Shown piece by piece: positions 54,612 to 63,247 of a stretch of DNA of 64,000 nt. Each line of letters starts with the position of its first letter. The first letter of the stretch is position 1. This stretch comes from Alphaproteobacteria bacterium (GTDB taxonomy: Bacteria > Pseudomonadota > Alphaproteobacteria > Paracaedibacterales > CAITNM01). The notes under the pieces were generated by a model. That model worked only from the letters and a program-made list of their open reading frames with translations. It was not told the origin of the DNA and did no database searches. Location of the stretch: NCBI GenBank assembly GCA_037138055.1, contig JBAXJB010000002.1:4968-68967 (forward strand). Reading direction: 5' to 3'. A program made the position numbers and the translations under genes.

Positions 54612-57484
54612 AGGTTGCTGTCATAACGGAAGACCAGCTTGCTAAAGATTGGACTCTGTCAGAAAAAGACATACAATTTGTGCTATCAAGTGCGCGTACG
54701 GAAATTCATCAGATCCGTTGCGCAATTTATTTTTGTATTTTACGCAAGACAGGACGCTTTGCGACTGAGCGCTTCGAACTTAGTTTAAAAGCTATAAATT
54801 ATTTAGCAGATCAATTGATGCAAGAGTCCTTACTTCAAATTCCAAACCTTGACTATTCAAAGGCTGATTATGTGCGCTTTGTAAAAATTCAAGAATACTT
54901 AAATTATAAGGATTTTGGAGACGTTGAAAAACAAAATTTAAATGACTGGTGCTTACAGCAAACACAATATTACCCACTAAATAATCAAGAACTTGTGGTC
55001 AAAGCAAAAGAGTATTTGCTTTCTAAAAGGATTCTGCTCCCATCCCCATCTAGTCTTGGGCGATTTATTGCAAAAGCCGTAAAAAATTCTCATTTTGGTT
55101 TGTTTGAGCAAATTGTCAATTGTTATCCCAATCATGAGCTCTCTCAACTAGACAATTTACTCACAAGTTCAGATAATTCTGTGTACACAGAATTAATGGC
55201 CTTTAAGAGACCTCCGCCAGAACCTAGTGCAACAGTCATCAATAAATTTCTTTCTTATTTTGAAATCTTAGAGAAGCTTAAAATACCTGAATGTGATTTA
55301 TCTAAGATAAGTCCTAAAGTGATTGAAACGATATCTCAACAAGCTAAAAATCAATCTTCATGGGGTATAAGGCGCATTAAGCCGGATCAAAAGCGGTATG
55401 CAATTTTGATTTGTTTTTTAGCTGAAAGCACAAAAACAATCCTTGACACAATTATTGATATGCATAGCCTTTTACTTGGCGATATAGAAAGAAAATCAAA
55501 AAACGAATTTAAGCTTCAAAGAATTACAATGATTGGAAATGCCAAAACCAGTCGAGAAAAAACCCTTGAATTTACAAAAAAAGCTCTTTCTTGTGAGTCA
55601 CCCGAAACTATGACGCTGGCTGATTTTTTAGTTACATTTAATCGCGATGAATTACATAATGCCGTTAAAACAGCTGAAGAATACGAAGAATTTGAAGAGC
55701 GAGGCATTGTAAGAAATATGACGAAGCGATTTTCTTATATGCGTAAATATTCTAAGAAGATGTTGAAGTTAAATTTTGAAGCAGCTACTGGTAATAAGCC
55801 CTTAATGGAAGCCATTAATATTCTACGGAACCATCATGAAAATGGTGAGAAAAATTTTCCAACAGACCCCCCTATTAGTTTTTTGCCAAAGGCATGGCGT
55901 GATAATTTGTATGATGACCAGGGCAAATTTCAAATTAAGTACTTCGAAATGGGCGTTTATTACGCCATGCGGCAAAATTTGAATAAGGGGGACCTATATC
56001 TCACGGATAGTCGTCACCATCGCTACTTTTGGGATAACATTTACAATCCTGTAGATTGGCAAGACCAAAGAGAAGAATCTTATAGTGATCTGGATCTGCC
56101 GACAGAGTTTGATCAAGTGCAGGTTAAGCTCACAAAAGAATTAGAAGAAAATGTTAAGAGGGTCCACGATAATTTAGAAAAGGATGGCTTTGCAACAATT
56201 ATTGAAGGCAAACTAAAGCTTTGCAGAGAAGATGCTTTGGAAATACCGCCTGAGGTCAAACATCTTAGACGCCAAATTGAATCTGCAATGCCCACCATAA
56301 GAATAGAAAAATTACTAGCAGAGGTTGATAAAATTACTAATTTCTCGGCGGCTTTTTTACCTAATCAGAAAGAGAGACCTCTTCCAAAAAAACCACTCTA
56401 TGCCGCTATCACAGCCCAAGCTACTAATATTGGTATTTACGCTATGGGTCAAAGCAACCAAGGCATTACTGCTGAAACTATTAATGGGTTTTCAGAGCGC
56501 TATATTACAGAAGAAAACATCCAAAACGGTAATGCCATCTTAATCAAGCACACCCAAGCATATCCACTTACTCAAGTATATGGTGGGGGTAATTATTCCA
56601 GCTCTGATGGGCAACGTTTTGGTATTCAAAGTAGTACGCCCTTATCAGCATACTATCCAAGATACTACGGATTTTATGACAAAGCTATTTCCATTTATAC
56701 CCATGTTTCTGACCAATATAGCGTCTTTCATACCAGTGTTATTTCGTGTGCAGTACGAGAAGCTACATATGTTTTGGATGGATTACTATTAAATAAAACA
56801 GTTTTAAATCCAGAGTTTCATTGCACCGATAGTCATGGCTATACAGATCATCTATTTGCTTTATGCTACTTGTTAGGTTATAGCTTCCAACCTCGACTGA
56901 GTGGATTGCCACATCATGTTCTTTATAAGATGGATAAAAATAATCAATATGGAAAGATTGACTGCCTTTTTAATGGCAGTGCTAATCTTGAAATCGCAAA
57001 AGAGCAATGGGATATTATCGTACGTGTAGCCGCTTCACTTCGAAATAGCATAGCTCCAGCCCATGTTATTATCCAACGATTAGCTGGTAGAGGTGATAAA
57101 GTTGCTAAAGCCTTACAGGCACTTGGTCGTGTGGTTAAAACCATCTATATTTTGCGCTATATTTCTGATCCTGGGTTAAGGCGCAAAGTGCACTTGCAAT
57201 TGAATAGAGGAGAATCAAGACATTCTCTTGCTAAGACTATATTTTTTGACAATCGGGGCGTTTTTAAAACAAGTGATTATGAAGAAATTATGAACAAAGC
57301 AAGTTGTTTGAGTTTTGTATCAAACGCTGTTTTGGTCTGGAAAACCCATCAAACTCAACAAATTTTAGACCGACTGCGACGAGAAGGATATAAAGTTGAT
57401 GATGCATTATTGGCCAAAATATCACTGTTATCATCTAAGAACATAATTTTTCATGGCACCTATAATTTTGAAGAAATCAGCTAA
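54608..57484 (+). CDS. tnpA: Tn3-family DDE transposase TnpA
   Basis: 958 aa with a DUF4158-like N-terminus (LSEKDIQFV...IRCAIYFCILRKTGRF). Hallmark catalytic blocks: SSDGQRF, TDSHGYTDHLFALCYLLGYSFQPRL, LNRGESRHSLAKTIFF. ATGA overlap with tnpI. Confidence 0.9.
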   Translation: MKVAVITEDQLAKDWTLSEKDIQFVLSSARTEIHQIRCAIYFCILRKTGRFATERFELSLKAINYLADQLMQESLLQIPNLDYSKADYVRFVKIQEYLNYKDFGDVEKQNLNDWCLQQTQYYPLNNQELVVKAKEYLLSKRILLPSPSSLGRFIAKAVKNSHFGLFEQIVNCYPNHELSQLDNLLTSSDNSVYTELMAFKRPPPEPSATVINKFLSYFEILEKLKIPECDLSKISPKVIETISQQAKNQSSWGIRRIKPDQKRYAILICFLAESTKTILDTIIDMHSLLLGDIERKSKNEFKLQRITMIGNAKTSREKTLEFTKKALSCESPETMTLADFLVTFNRDELHNAVKTAEEYEEFEERGIVRNMTKRFSYMRKYSKKMLKLNFEAATGNKPLMEAINILRNHHENGEKNFPTDPPISFLPKAWRDNLYDDQGKFQIKYFEMGVYYAMRQNLNKGDLYLTDSRHHRYFWDNIYNPVDWQDQREESYSDLDLPTEFDQVQVKLTKELEENVKRVHDNLEKDGFATIIEGKLKLCREDALEIPPEVKHLRRQIESAMPTIRIEKLLAEVDKITNFSAAFLPNQKERPLPKKPLYAAITAQATNIGIYAMGQSNQGITAETINGFSERYITEENIQNGNAILIKHTQAYPLTQVYGGGNYSSSDGQRFGIQSSTPLSAYYPRYYGFYDKAISIYTHVSDQYSVFHTSVISCAVREATYVLDGLLLNKTVLNPEFHCTDSHGYTDHLFALCYLLGYSFQPRLSGLPHHVLYKMDKNNQYGKIDCLFNGSANLEIAKEQWDIIVRVAASLRNSIAPAHVIIQRLAGRGDKVAKALQALGRVVKTIYILRYISDPGLRRKVHLQLNRGESRHSLAKTIFFDNRGVFKTSDYEEIMNKASCLSFVSNAVLVWKTHQTQQILDRLRREGYKVDDALLAKISLLSSKNIIFHGTYNFEEIS

Positions 57485-57500
57485 TTTGAAGGAAAAAAAT

Positions 57501-58550
57501 ATGAAGACACCTGTAATAAATCAAGAATACAATTTGTTTTTATCGAATCTAAAAAAACGTGTTTCTCTATCACGTCATAAGGCCGTTCTTAGCGTAAACA
57601 AAGAACTAATCCTACTTTACCATCATATTGGTACTGTCATTTTGAATTCTCAAACGAACCATGGCTGGGGCGCCAAAATCATTGATCAGCTTTCGCGAGA
57701 TTTACGATCAGAATTTCCTGAGATGAAGGGATTTAGCCCTCAGAACTTAAAATATATGAGACGATTTGCCGAGGAATACAGCTTTGATGAAATTGGTCAA
57801 CAGGCTATTGACCAATTGCCTTGGGGACATATCATAACCTTGATATATGACATTGCAAATAAAACGGAAAGAACATTTTATATTAATGGTACTATTCAAA
57901 ATGGTTGGTCGAGGAATATATTATCAATGCAGATTGAAACAGATTTGTTCAAAAGACAGGGCAAATCAATTACAAACTTTCAAAGTCAATTATCGTCCCC
58001 TCATTCTGATTTGGCACAGGCAACCTTGAAAAACCCCTATCTATTTGATTTTTTAAGCTTAGGAGATGATGCTCATGAGAGAGAAGTCGAAAAAGGGCTT
58101 GTTAGCCATATTGAAAAATTCCTTCTTGAACTTGGGGAAGGCTTTGCTTTTCTAGGGCGCCAGTACCATCTACAGGTTGAAGATCAGGATTTCTATATTG
58201 ATTTGTTATTTTACCATATTAAATTACGCTCTTTTGTTGTTATTGAGCTAAAATCTGGCAAATTTAAGCCTGAATATGCTGGTAAGCTGAATTTCTACCT
58301 TTCTGCAGTTGATGATTTGCTGCGTCAACCTGGAGATAATCCTTCTATTGGCCTAATTTTATGTCGGTCTAAGGTTGGAGTTCTTGCAGAGTATGCACTT
58401 CGAGACATGTCCAAGCCTATTGGTCTTGCTGAGTATAAACTAACTGAAAATCTGCCAAACAACCTAAAAACGGCTTTACCAACCATTGAAGAGCTAGAAG
58501 CCGAGTTAACAAAAAACTTTGAAAATGAAGGGGAAAATGAAAAGTCATAG
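57501..58550 (+). CDS. PDDEXK-nuclease-fold protein, YhcG/DUF1016 family (transposon cargo)
   Basis: N-terminal DUF1016-type helical region (LILLYHHIG...WGAKIIDQLSRDL, LPWGH). C-terminal nuclease core FYIDLLFYHIKLRSFVVIELKSGKFKPEYAGKLNFYL (D...ExK). ATG at 57501 is preceded by GAAGGA. Confidence 0.75.
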   Translation: MKTPVINQEYNLFLSNLKKRVSLSRHKAVLSVNKELILLYHHIGTVILNSQTNHGWGAKIIDQLSRDLRSEFPEMKGFSPQNLKYMRRFAEEYSFDEIGQQAIDQLPWGHIITLIYDIANKTERTFYINGTIQNGWSRNILSMQIETDLFKRQGKSITNFQSQLSSPHSDLAQATLKNPYLFDFLSLGDDAHEREVEKGLVSHIEKFLLELGEGFAFLGRQYHLQVEDQDFYIDLLFYHIKLRSFVVIELKSGKFKPEYAGKLNFYLSAVDDLLRQPGDNPSIGLILCRSKVGVLAEYALRDMSKPIGLAEYKLTENLPNNLKTALPTIEELEAELTKNFENEGENEKS

Positions 58551-58601
58551 AAATATGAGTCAACAGTGCATTATCAAATGGGGTAATTGTGCGCATAATA
58601 T

Positions 58602-58639
58602 GCTACTAGGAAAATTCACACCAATGTGCCTGATACCCC
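58602..58639 (-). repeat. Right terminal inverted repeat (IR-R)
   Basis: The reverse complement reads GGGGTATCAGGCACATTGGTGTGAATTTTCCTAGTAGC. Confidence 0.85.
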
Positions 58640-58644
58640 AGCTT
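58640..58644. repeat. Target-site duplication, right copy (AGCTT)
   Basis: Identical to 53306-53310 and directly abuts IR-R. Confidence 0.85.
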
Positions 58645-58662
58645 TTGTAGAACCAAAGAAAA

Positions 58663-59064
58663 ATGAGCCCAAAAGCCAAACAGCGCACTATACGCCTTGT
58701 CCTAATCTTAGGTCTTGTAACAGGTATTTGCCTTTTTCTAGTGGGTGCGTTGCGTGAAAATATTGTCTATTTCAAAACTCCAAGTGAACTTTTGGTTTTG
58801 ACAGATCATCCCAAAAAACTACGCCTTGGGGGTTTGGTCGTCAAAGGCACGCTATATTCAAAAAACAGCCAGCACAACTTTATGGTAACAGACCAAAAAA
58901 CTACCATACAGGTTATGTACAGTGGCCGTTTGCCAGATCTATTTCGGGAAAATCAAGGAATAGTCGCTATTGGAAATTACGATAGCTCTAAAAAAATCTT
59001 TAATGCTAATCAGCTTTTGGCAAAGCATGATCAGTATTACAGACCCCCAAAAACAACCGAATAA
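58663..59064 (+). CDS. ccmE: Cytochrome c-type biogenesis heme chaperone CcmE
   Basis: N-terminal anchor followed by an OB-fold (IVYFKTPSEL, LRLGGLVVKG) and the heme-binding His context LAKHDQYYRPP. Confidence 0.85.
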   Translation: MSPKAKQRTIRLVLILGLVTGICLFLVGALRENIVYFKTPSELLVLTDHPKKLRLGGLVVKGTLYSKNSQHNFMVTDQKTTIQVMYSGRLPDLFRENQGIVAIGNYDSSKKIFNANQLLAKHDQYYRPPKTTE

Positions 59065-59152
59065 TATAATAATAATTGAGTAAATAGTAGTTTTATATTA
59101 AATATAAGAATCAGCAAGCAAACTAGCAGCATTTTACGTTAGAGAAACTACT

Positions 59153-60160
59153 ATGACCAGCATCAATAAAATTTATGTCTTCTGTCTTTTTTTATGCATG
59201 AACCTAAATGCTGCTGATTCATCTTGTTCATCATCATCAGAATTTCTTCGGCCAACGCTTCATGAAAAAATGCTTGCTTCAATGAAAAGTGAACTTGAAT
59301 ATGATTGGAAAAGCTGTTTAGCTCTTGACGCAACTGCTAGAGAACATTATGAAGAAAAAGAAAAAGCAGGAACCACTTGTGTTTATAGCGAGCGCCTTTT
59401 AACAGAACCTTTAATGAGTGAATTGAAAAAAATAGCTCTTGAGCTGAAAGCTCGAATACCAGATGGTTCTATTTTAATACAAGTCGGTCGTTCCCCTTGG
59501 CTTTTGCAAGAAATGATGAAAGCGCTTGATCTAAATGTTAGCTGGATAACATTGCCGTTTAGTCATAAAATAGGCTTCGCTAGAACTGAGAGGGACTTAG
59601 TTGAATATCCAACTCCAGAACCATGGGATATTGAAGACTTGCAAGAACCCCAGAAAAGTTGGGTGACTTCCTATATTAAATTCTTACAAAACCAACTTCA
59701 TATAACTGAAGAATGGCTAATTCCTTGTGCTGGTCGTATTTATATTGTGGACTATATCGCTAGCGGAGAAAGCCTTCAAGACGCCCTTGAATTAGTCAAC
59801 AAAGCCATTGGAGTATGCTTGGGCATAACGAAAATTGGATTCAATCAAGATGATGAGCCTGATCCTTACTGGAAGACAAATCCAACAAACATATTTTTTA
59901 CAATAAGTAAAAATCTAGCAAACAGCATGATGCTAAAGCATACAGTAAGGAAGAAAATGGTTGAAAAATATAGTCTAGACAATCGCAATCCAGACAGCTT
60001 TTTTGAAAACGCGCATGGTCATACTTTTTATCCAGCCGAATGGGCTGATCCTATTGCATTAGCAAGAGTTTCTGAACCAGCCCCTTTAACGTTAACTGCA
60101 AAAGCAAAAAGACAGCAAATTATTGACTTCGCTTCATCACACAGAAGTGAAAAAAAATAA
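59153..60160 (+). CDS. Hypothetical secreted protein (ORFan)
   Basis: 335 aa with a signal peptide (IYVFCLFLCMNLNA). No recognisable motif. Confidence 0.5.
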   Translation: MTSINKIYVFCLFLCMNLNAADSSCSSSSEFLRPTLHEKMLASMKSELEYDWKSCLALDATAREHYEEKEKAGTTCVYSERLLTEPLMSELKKIALELKARIPDGSILIQVGRSPWLLQEMMKALDLNVSWITLPFSHKIGFARTERDLVEYPTPEPWDIEDLQEPQKSWVTSYIKFLQNQLHITEEWLIPCAGRIYIVDYIASGESLQDALELVNKAIGVCLGITKIGFNQDDEPDPYWKTNPTNIFFTISKNLANSMMLKHTVRKKMVEKYSLDNRNPDSFFENAHGHTFYPAEWADPIALARVSEPAPLTLTAKAKRQQIIDFASSHRSEKK

Positions 60161-60163
60161 ACC

Positions 60164-61093
60164 CTAACTCTCTAAGGTTTTTTCCATTTCAATCCATTCA
60201 CGCGCGGTTAGGCCACTGTTTTCTTTAGTGACCACTTCTCCGCTTAAACGTCTGCGCAATACTGCAAGCATTTTTGCTGAAAATACCGCAGCACCCATGC
60301 GATAATCCATGAATGCATCGTAAGCAAAAGGCACCCACTTTTTTAAAACATCGATCATCACATCTGCGTATGCTTGAATTTCATACTGAGCATGGGAATC
60401 GGCCCGAAGCCTTAAAAAATGCATAAGATTATGCAAGTCAATTTTCCAATACCACTGGGTATAATAATTCACCGGCAAGTTCATACGTGCTAATTCACGC
60501 GCAAGGCCCGGACGATCATCCTCACCTTTTTCATTTAAAAGGTATTCGTACGTATCGTAAGCCTGCATTGCATCACGTTTTAAAAGATCCAGAACTTTTT
60601 GTGCATATTCAGGCTCTAGAACATCACCACGACCTTGGTGATTAATGCTGGACTGTGCTGCCATATTTTCAATGTTTGGCATGTAAAACTCTCTATCGAG
60701 AATCGAATACCGTGCTGAATACTCGTTTACATTGGCTGTGCGATGGCGAATCCACTGACGCGCAATAAAAATTGGAACCTTCACATGAAATTTGATTTCG
60801 CACATTTCAAAAGGCGTAGTATGCCAATGACGCATAAGGTAATTAATCAACCCGCGGTCTTCACTTACTTTTTTGGTGCCTTTGCCGTAGGAAACCCTAG
60901 CTGCTTGAACGATTGCAGAATCGTCCCCCATGTAATCAACCACGCGAATAAACCCATGATCAAGCACTGGAATGGGCTTATACAGCATCTCTTCCAAAGC
61001 TGAAACTGTTGCTCGCCTTGTTTGAAATGACTCAGATGCTTGCTCAGCAAGTTCTTGGGCGTTTTGAGTGTTTAGGTGAACAACTTTTTCCAT
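60164..61093 (-). CDS. thyX: FAD-dependent thymidylate synthase ThyX
   Basis: ThyX signature [14 protein letters not shown] (RHRxxSxxxxSxR type). 309 aa. Confidence 0.9.
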   Translation of the reverse strand: MEKVVHLNTQNAQELAEQASESFQTRRATVSALEEMLYKPIPVLDHGFIRVVDYMGDDSAIVQAARVSYGKGTKKVSEDRGLINYLMRHWHTTPFEMCEIKFHVKVPIFIARQWIRHRTANVNEYSARYSILDREFYMPNIENMAAQSSINHQGRGDVLEPEYAQKVLDLLKRDAMQAYDTYEYLLNEKGEDDRPGLARELARMNLPVNYYTQWYWKIDLHNLMHFLRLRADSHAQYEIQAYADVMIDVLKKWVPFAYDAFMDYRMGAAVFSAKMLAVLRRRLSGEVVTKENSGLTAREWIEMEKTLES

Positions 61094-61167
61094 AAATATT
61101 TGTATTTTTAAATAGGTTACAAGCTATACTAAAAAAGATTCTGCAAAAATCCAAGGGAAAAGCACCA

Positions 61168-61635
61168 ATGATACCAGCTAATAAGATGATAAAAATGCGT
61201 GCCCTAGACACCACTGACCTTAACCACATGGCGGAACAGCTGCGTGACGGGCTTTGTCCTATGGTTACCATGGTGCATGAAAAAAATAGTTTTACTCTTT
61301 TGGTAAATCGTTTTTGTTGGAATCATGAAGATAAACATGAAGGAAAGCCTTTGCACTACCGTTCTCATGTCGGGCTACTTTTTCGCCACGTCCAAAGCGT
61401 ACAACGCAAGGGGTTTGAACAACATTCAGCGGAAGATCGTATCTTAAATTTGCTACATATTCATGTTAAGGAAACACCTAAAGACACCTGGGTGCATTTA
61501 GTATTTTCAAAAGGGCATGAAATTCGCCTGAAAATTGAAAAGCTGGAGGCCTACCTTAGTGACCTCCATGACCCATGGCCAACTCGCTCAAAGCCAACCC
61601 ATTTACATGAACATATAGCAGAAATGGTTGCTTAG
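61168..61635 (+). CDS. DUF2948-family protein (alphaproteobacterial conserved)
   Basis: Pattern MRALDTTDLNHMAEQLRDG...FTLLVNRFCWNHE resembles DUF2948. The start among three Met codons is uncertain. Confidence 0.55.
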   Translation: MIPANKMIKMRALDTTDLNHMAEQLRDGLCPMVTMVHEKNSFTLLVNRFCWNHEDKHEGKPLHYRSHVGLLFRHVQSVQRKGFEQHSAEDRILNLLHIHVKETPKDTWVHLVFSKGHEIRLKIEKLEAYLSDLHDPWPTRSKPTHLHEHIAEMVA

Positions 61636-61715
61636 CCTACATCAAATAGTTTTTAACTATTCCTTAACAATATAGGTACTACTATCATAGGTGAAATGTG
61701 TAATATGCATAGAAC

Positions 61716-62717
61716 ATGCGCTTATTTACCACTGGTGGCTGCGGCTTTATAGGGTCAAATTTCATACTGAAATGGATAAATGAAAGACAAAACCCCTTAG
61801 TCAATATTGATAGTCTTAACTATGCGGGTCAGCTTGCCAACTTAAACGAAATTGAAAACAATCCTTTATACACATTCATGCATGGCAGCATCAATAATCG
61901 CTCTTTAGTTGCAAATACTTTTGCATTTCACACACCTGATTGTGTAGTTCATTTTGCTGCCGAGTCACGCACGGATGATGCTGCACAAAAAGCAGAACAA
62001 TTTCTAATCAATAACGTGATAGGTACTTTTAATCTGCTGGAAGAAACCTTAGCTTACTGGAAAAATTTATCACCAAGTGCTCAAGAAAAATTCAAATTCA
62101 TTCATATTTCAACTGATGAAGTGTATGGAAATGAAATTTCCTCATACCAACCTAATAGTCCTTATGCTGCAAGCAAGGCAAGTGCAGACCATTTTGTAAG
62201 GGCCTATCATCACACCTATGGTTTGCCAACCATTACTATTCATTCAGGAAATGTTTACGGACCCCGCCAATACACTGAAAAATTAATCCCCAGCATTCTT
62301 CAACAAGCTTTGTCAGGTGAGCCACTAGCAGTACATGGAAACGGGGAAAATATGCGTGACTGGCTATATGTTGACGATGCAGTTGCAGCTATTGGTCTGA
62401 TTGTGGAAAATGGGATGCCTGGTGAAGCCTATCACATTGGTGCTGAACAAGAACGCTCAAACTTAAACCTCATTAAAACCATGTGCCAAATTTTAGAAAA
62501 GAAAATAGAACACCCTGGAATTCCTTCATTTGAATCACTTATTCAGTTAATTCAAGATGGAGCAAGCAATGATGCGCATCACACACATGACAACGAAAAA
62601 ATCTGCAATCAATTAGGCTGGAATCCCAACACCTCATTAAATGAAGGGCTAGATGCCACAATAAACTGGTATTTGCAGCATTGGTCAACTGATTTGAGCG
62701 CGAAAATTTATAGTTAA
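61716..62717 (+). CDS. rfbB: dTDP-glucose 4,6-dehydratase
   Basis: TGGCGFIGSNF Rossmann motif, HFAAES, ISTDEVYG, YAASKASADH (YxxxK), and NYGP-like NVYGPRQ. Confidence 0.85.
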   Translation: MRLFTTGGCGFIGSNFILKWINERQNPLVNIDSLNYAGQLANLNEIENNPLYTFMHGSINNRSLVANTFAFHTPDCVVHFAAESRTDDAAQKAEQFLINNVIGTFNLLEETLAYWKNLSPSAQEKFKFIHISTDEVYGNEISSYQPNSPYAASKASADHFVRAYHHTYGLPTITIHSGNVYGPRQYTEKLIPSILQQALSGEPLAVHGNGENMRDWLYVDDAVAAIGLIVENGMPGEAYHIGAEQERSNLNLIKTMCQILEKKIEHPGIPSFESLIQLIQDGASNDAHHTHDNEKICNQLGWNPNTSLNEGLDATINWYLQHWSTDLSAKIYS

Positions 62718-63247
62718 GGTAGAGCTGCTGGGCTGTTAGACTGATTGCGCAAATATGCTATTAAGTCTGCCCGTTCCTGAACGTTTGAAAGTCCCACAAA
62801 TGACATCTTGGTACCCTTAATGTATTCTCGGGGCTTGTGTAAATACGCATTAAGCGCTTCGTAATCCCACTTGCCGCCATGAGACTTCATAGCTTGGGAA
62901 TACGCGTAGTCTGCAGCATGAGCAACCATACTCATAACAACACCCCATAGATTAGGCCCCGTTCTGTGGGAAGCACCTTTTTCAAAGGTGTGACACTGTA
63001 AACATTTTTTTGCAACTTTTTCACCATTTGCCACATTAGCTGTAGCAAGCAAAGGGCTTATTGGTTCAAGTGTTTTTTCTGCTTCCTTGGAATTTAAAGA
63101 AACTTGTGCACCACCATCAATGCCCAAAATGTTTTTTTCTAAGTACGTTGGATGCACCAATCCTTCACCAATTAAATGAAAAACTTGCATGCAAAGTAAT
63201 GCCACCAAAATGCTTGCAAATATTTTATTGAATTCCAGATTATTCAT
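62714..63247 (-). CDS. Membrane-anchored c-type cytochrome (CycM-like)
   Basis: N-terminal TM, heme motif CLQCH, and distal KMSFVGL (Met ligand region). Confidence 0.75.
   Translation of the reverse strand: MNNLEFNKIFASILVALLCMQVFHLIGEGLVHPTYLEKNILGIDGGAQVSLNSKEAEKTLEPISPLLATANVANGEKVAKKCLQCHTFEKGASHRTGPNLWGVVMSMVAHAADYAYSQAMKSHGGKWDYEALNAYLHKPREYIKGTKMSFVGLSNVQERADLIAYLRNQSNSPAALP

Larger units (their letters stand above)
53311..58639 (+). mobile_element. Tn3-family transposon (tyrosine-recombinase type) with one cargo gene
   Basis: 38-bp terminal IRs starting GGGG (33/38 identical, first 21 exact). 5-bp AGCTT direct duplication. Contains a tnpI-like recombinase, a 958-aa TnpA and a PDDEXK cargo gene. 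In-silico excision restores the ccmD-ccmE junction. Confidence 0.85.
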
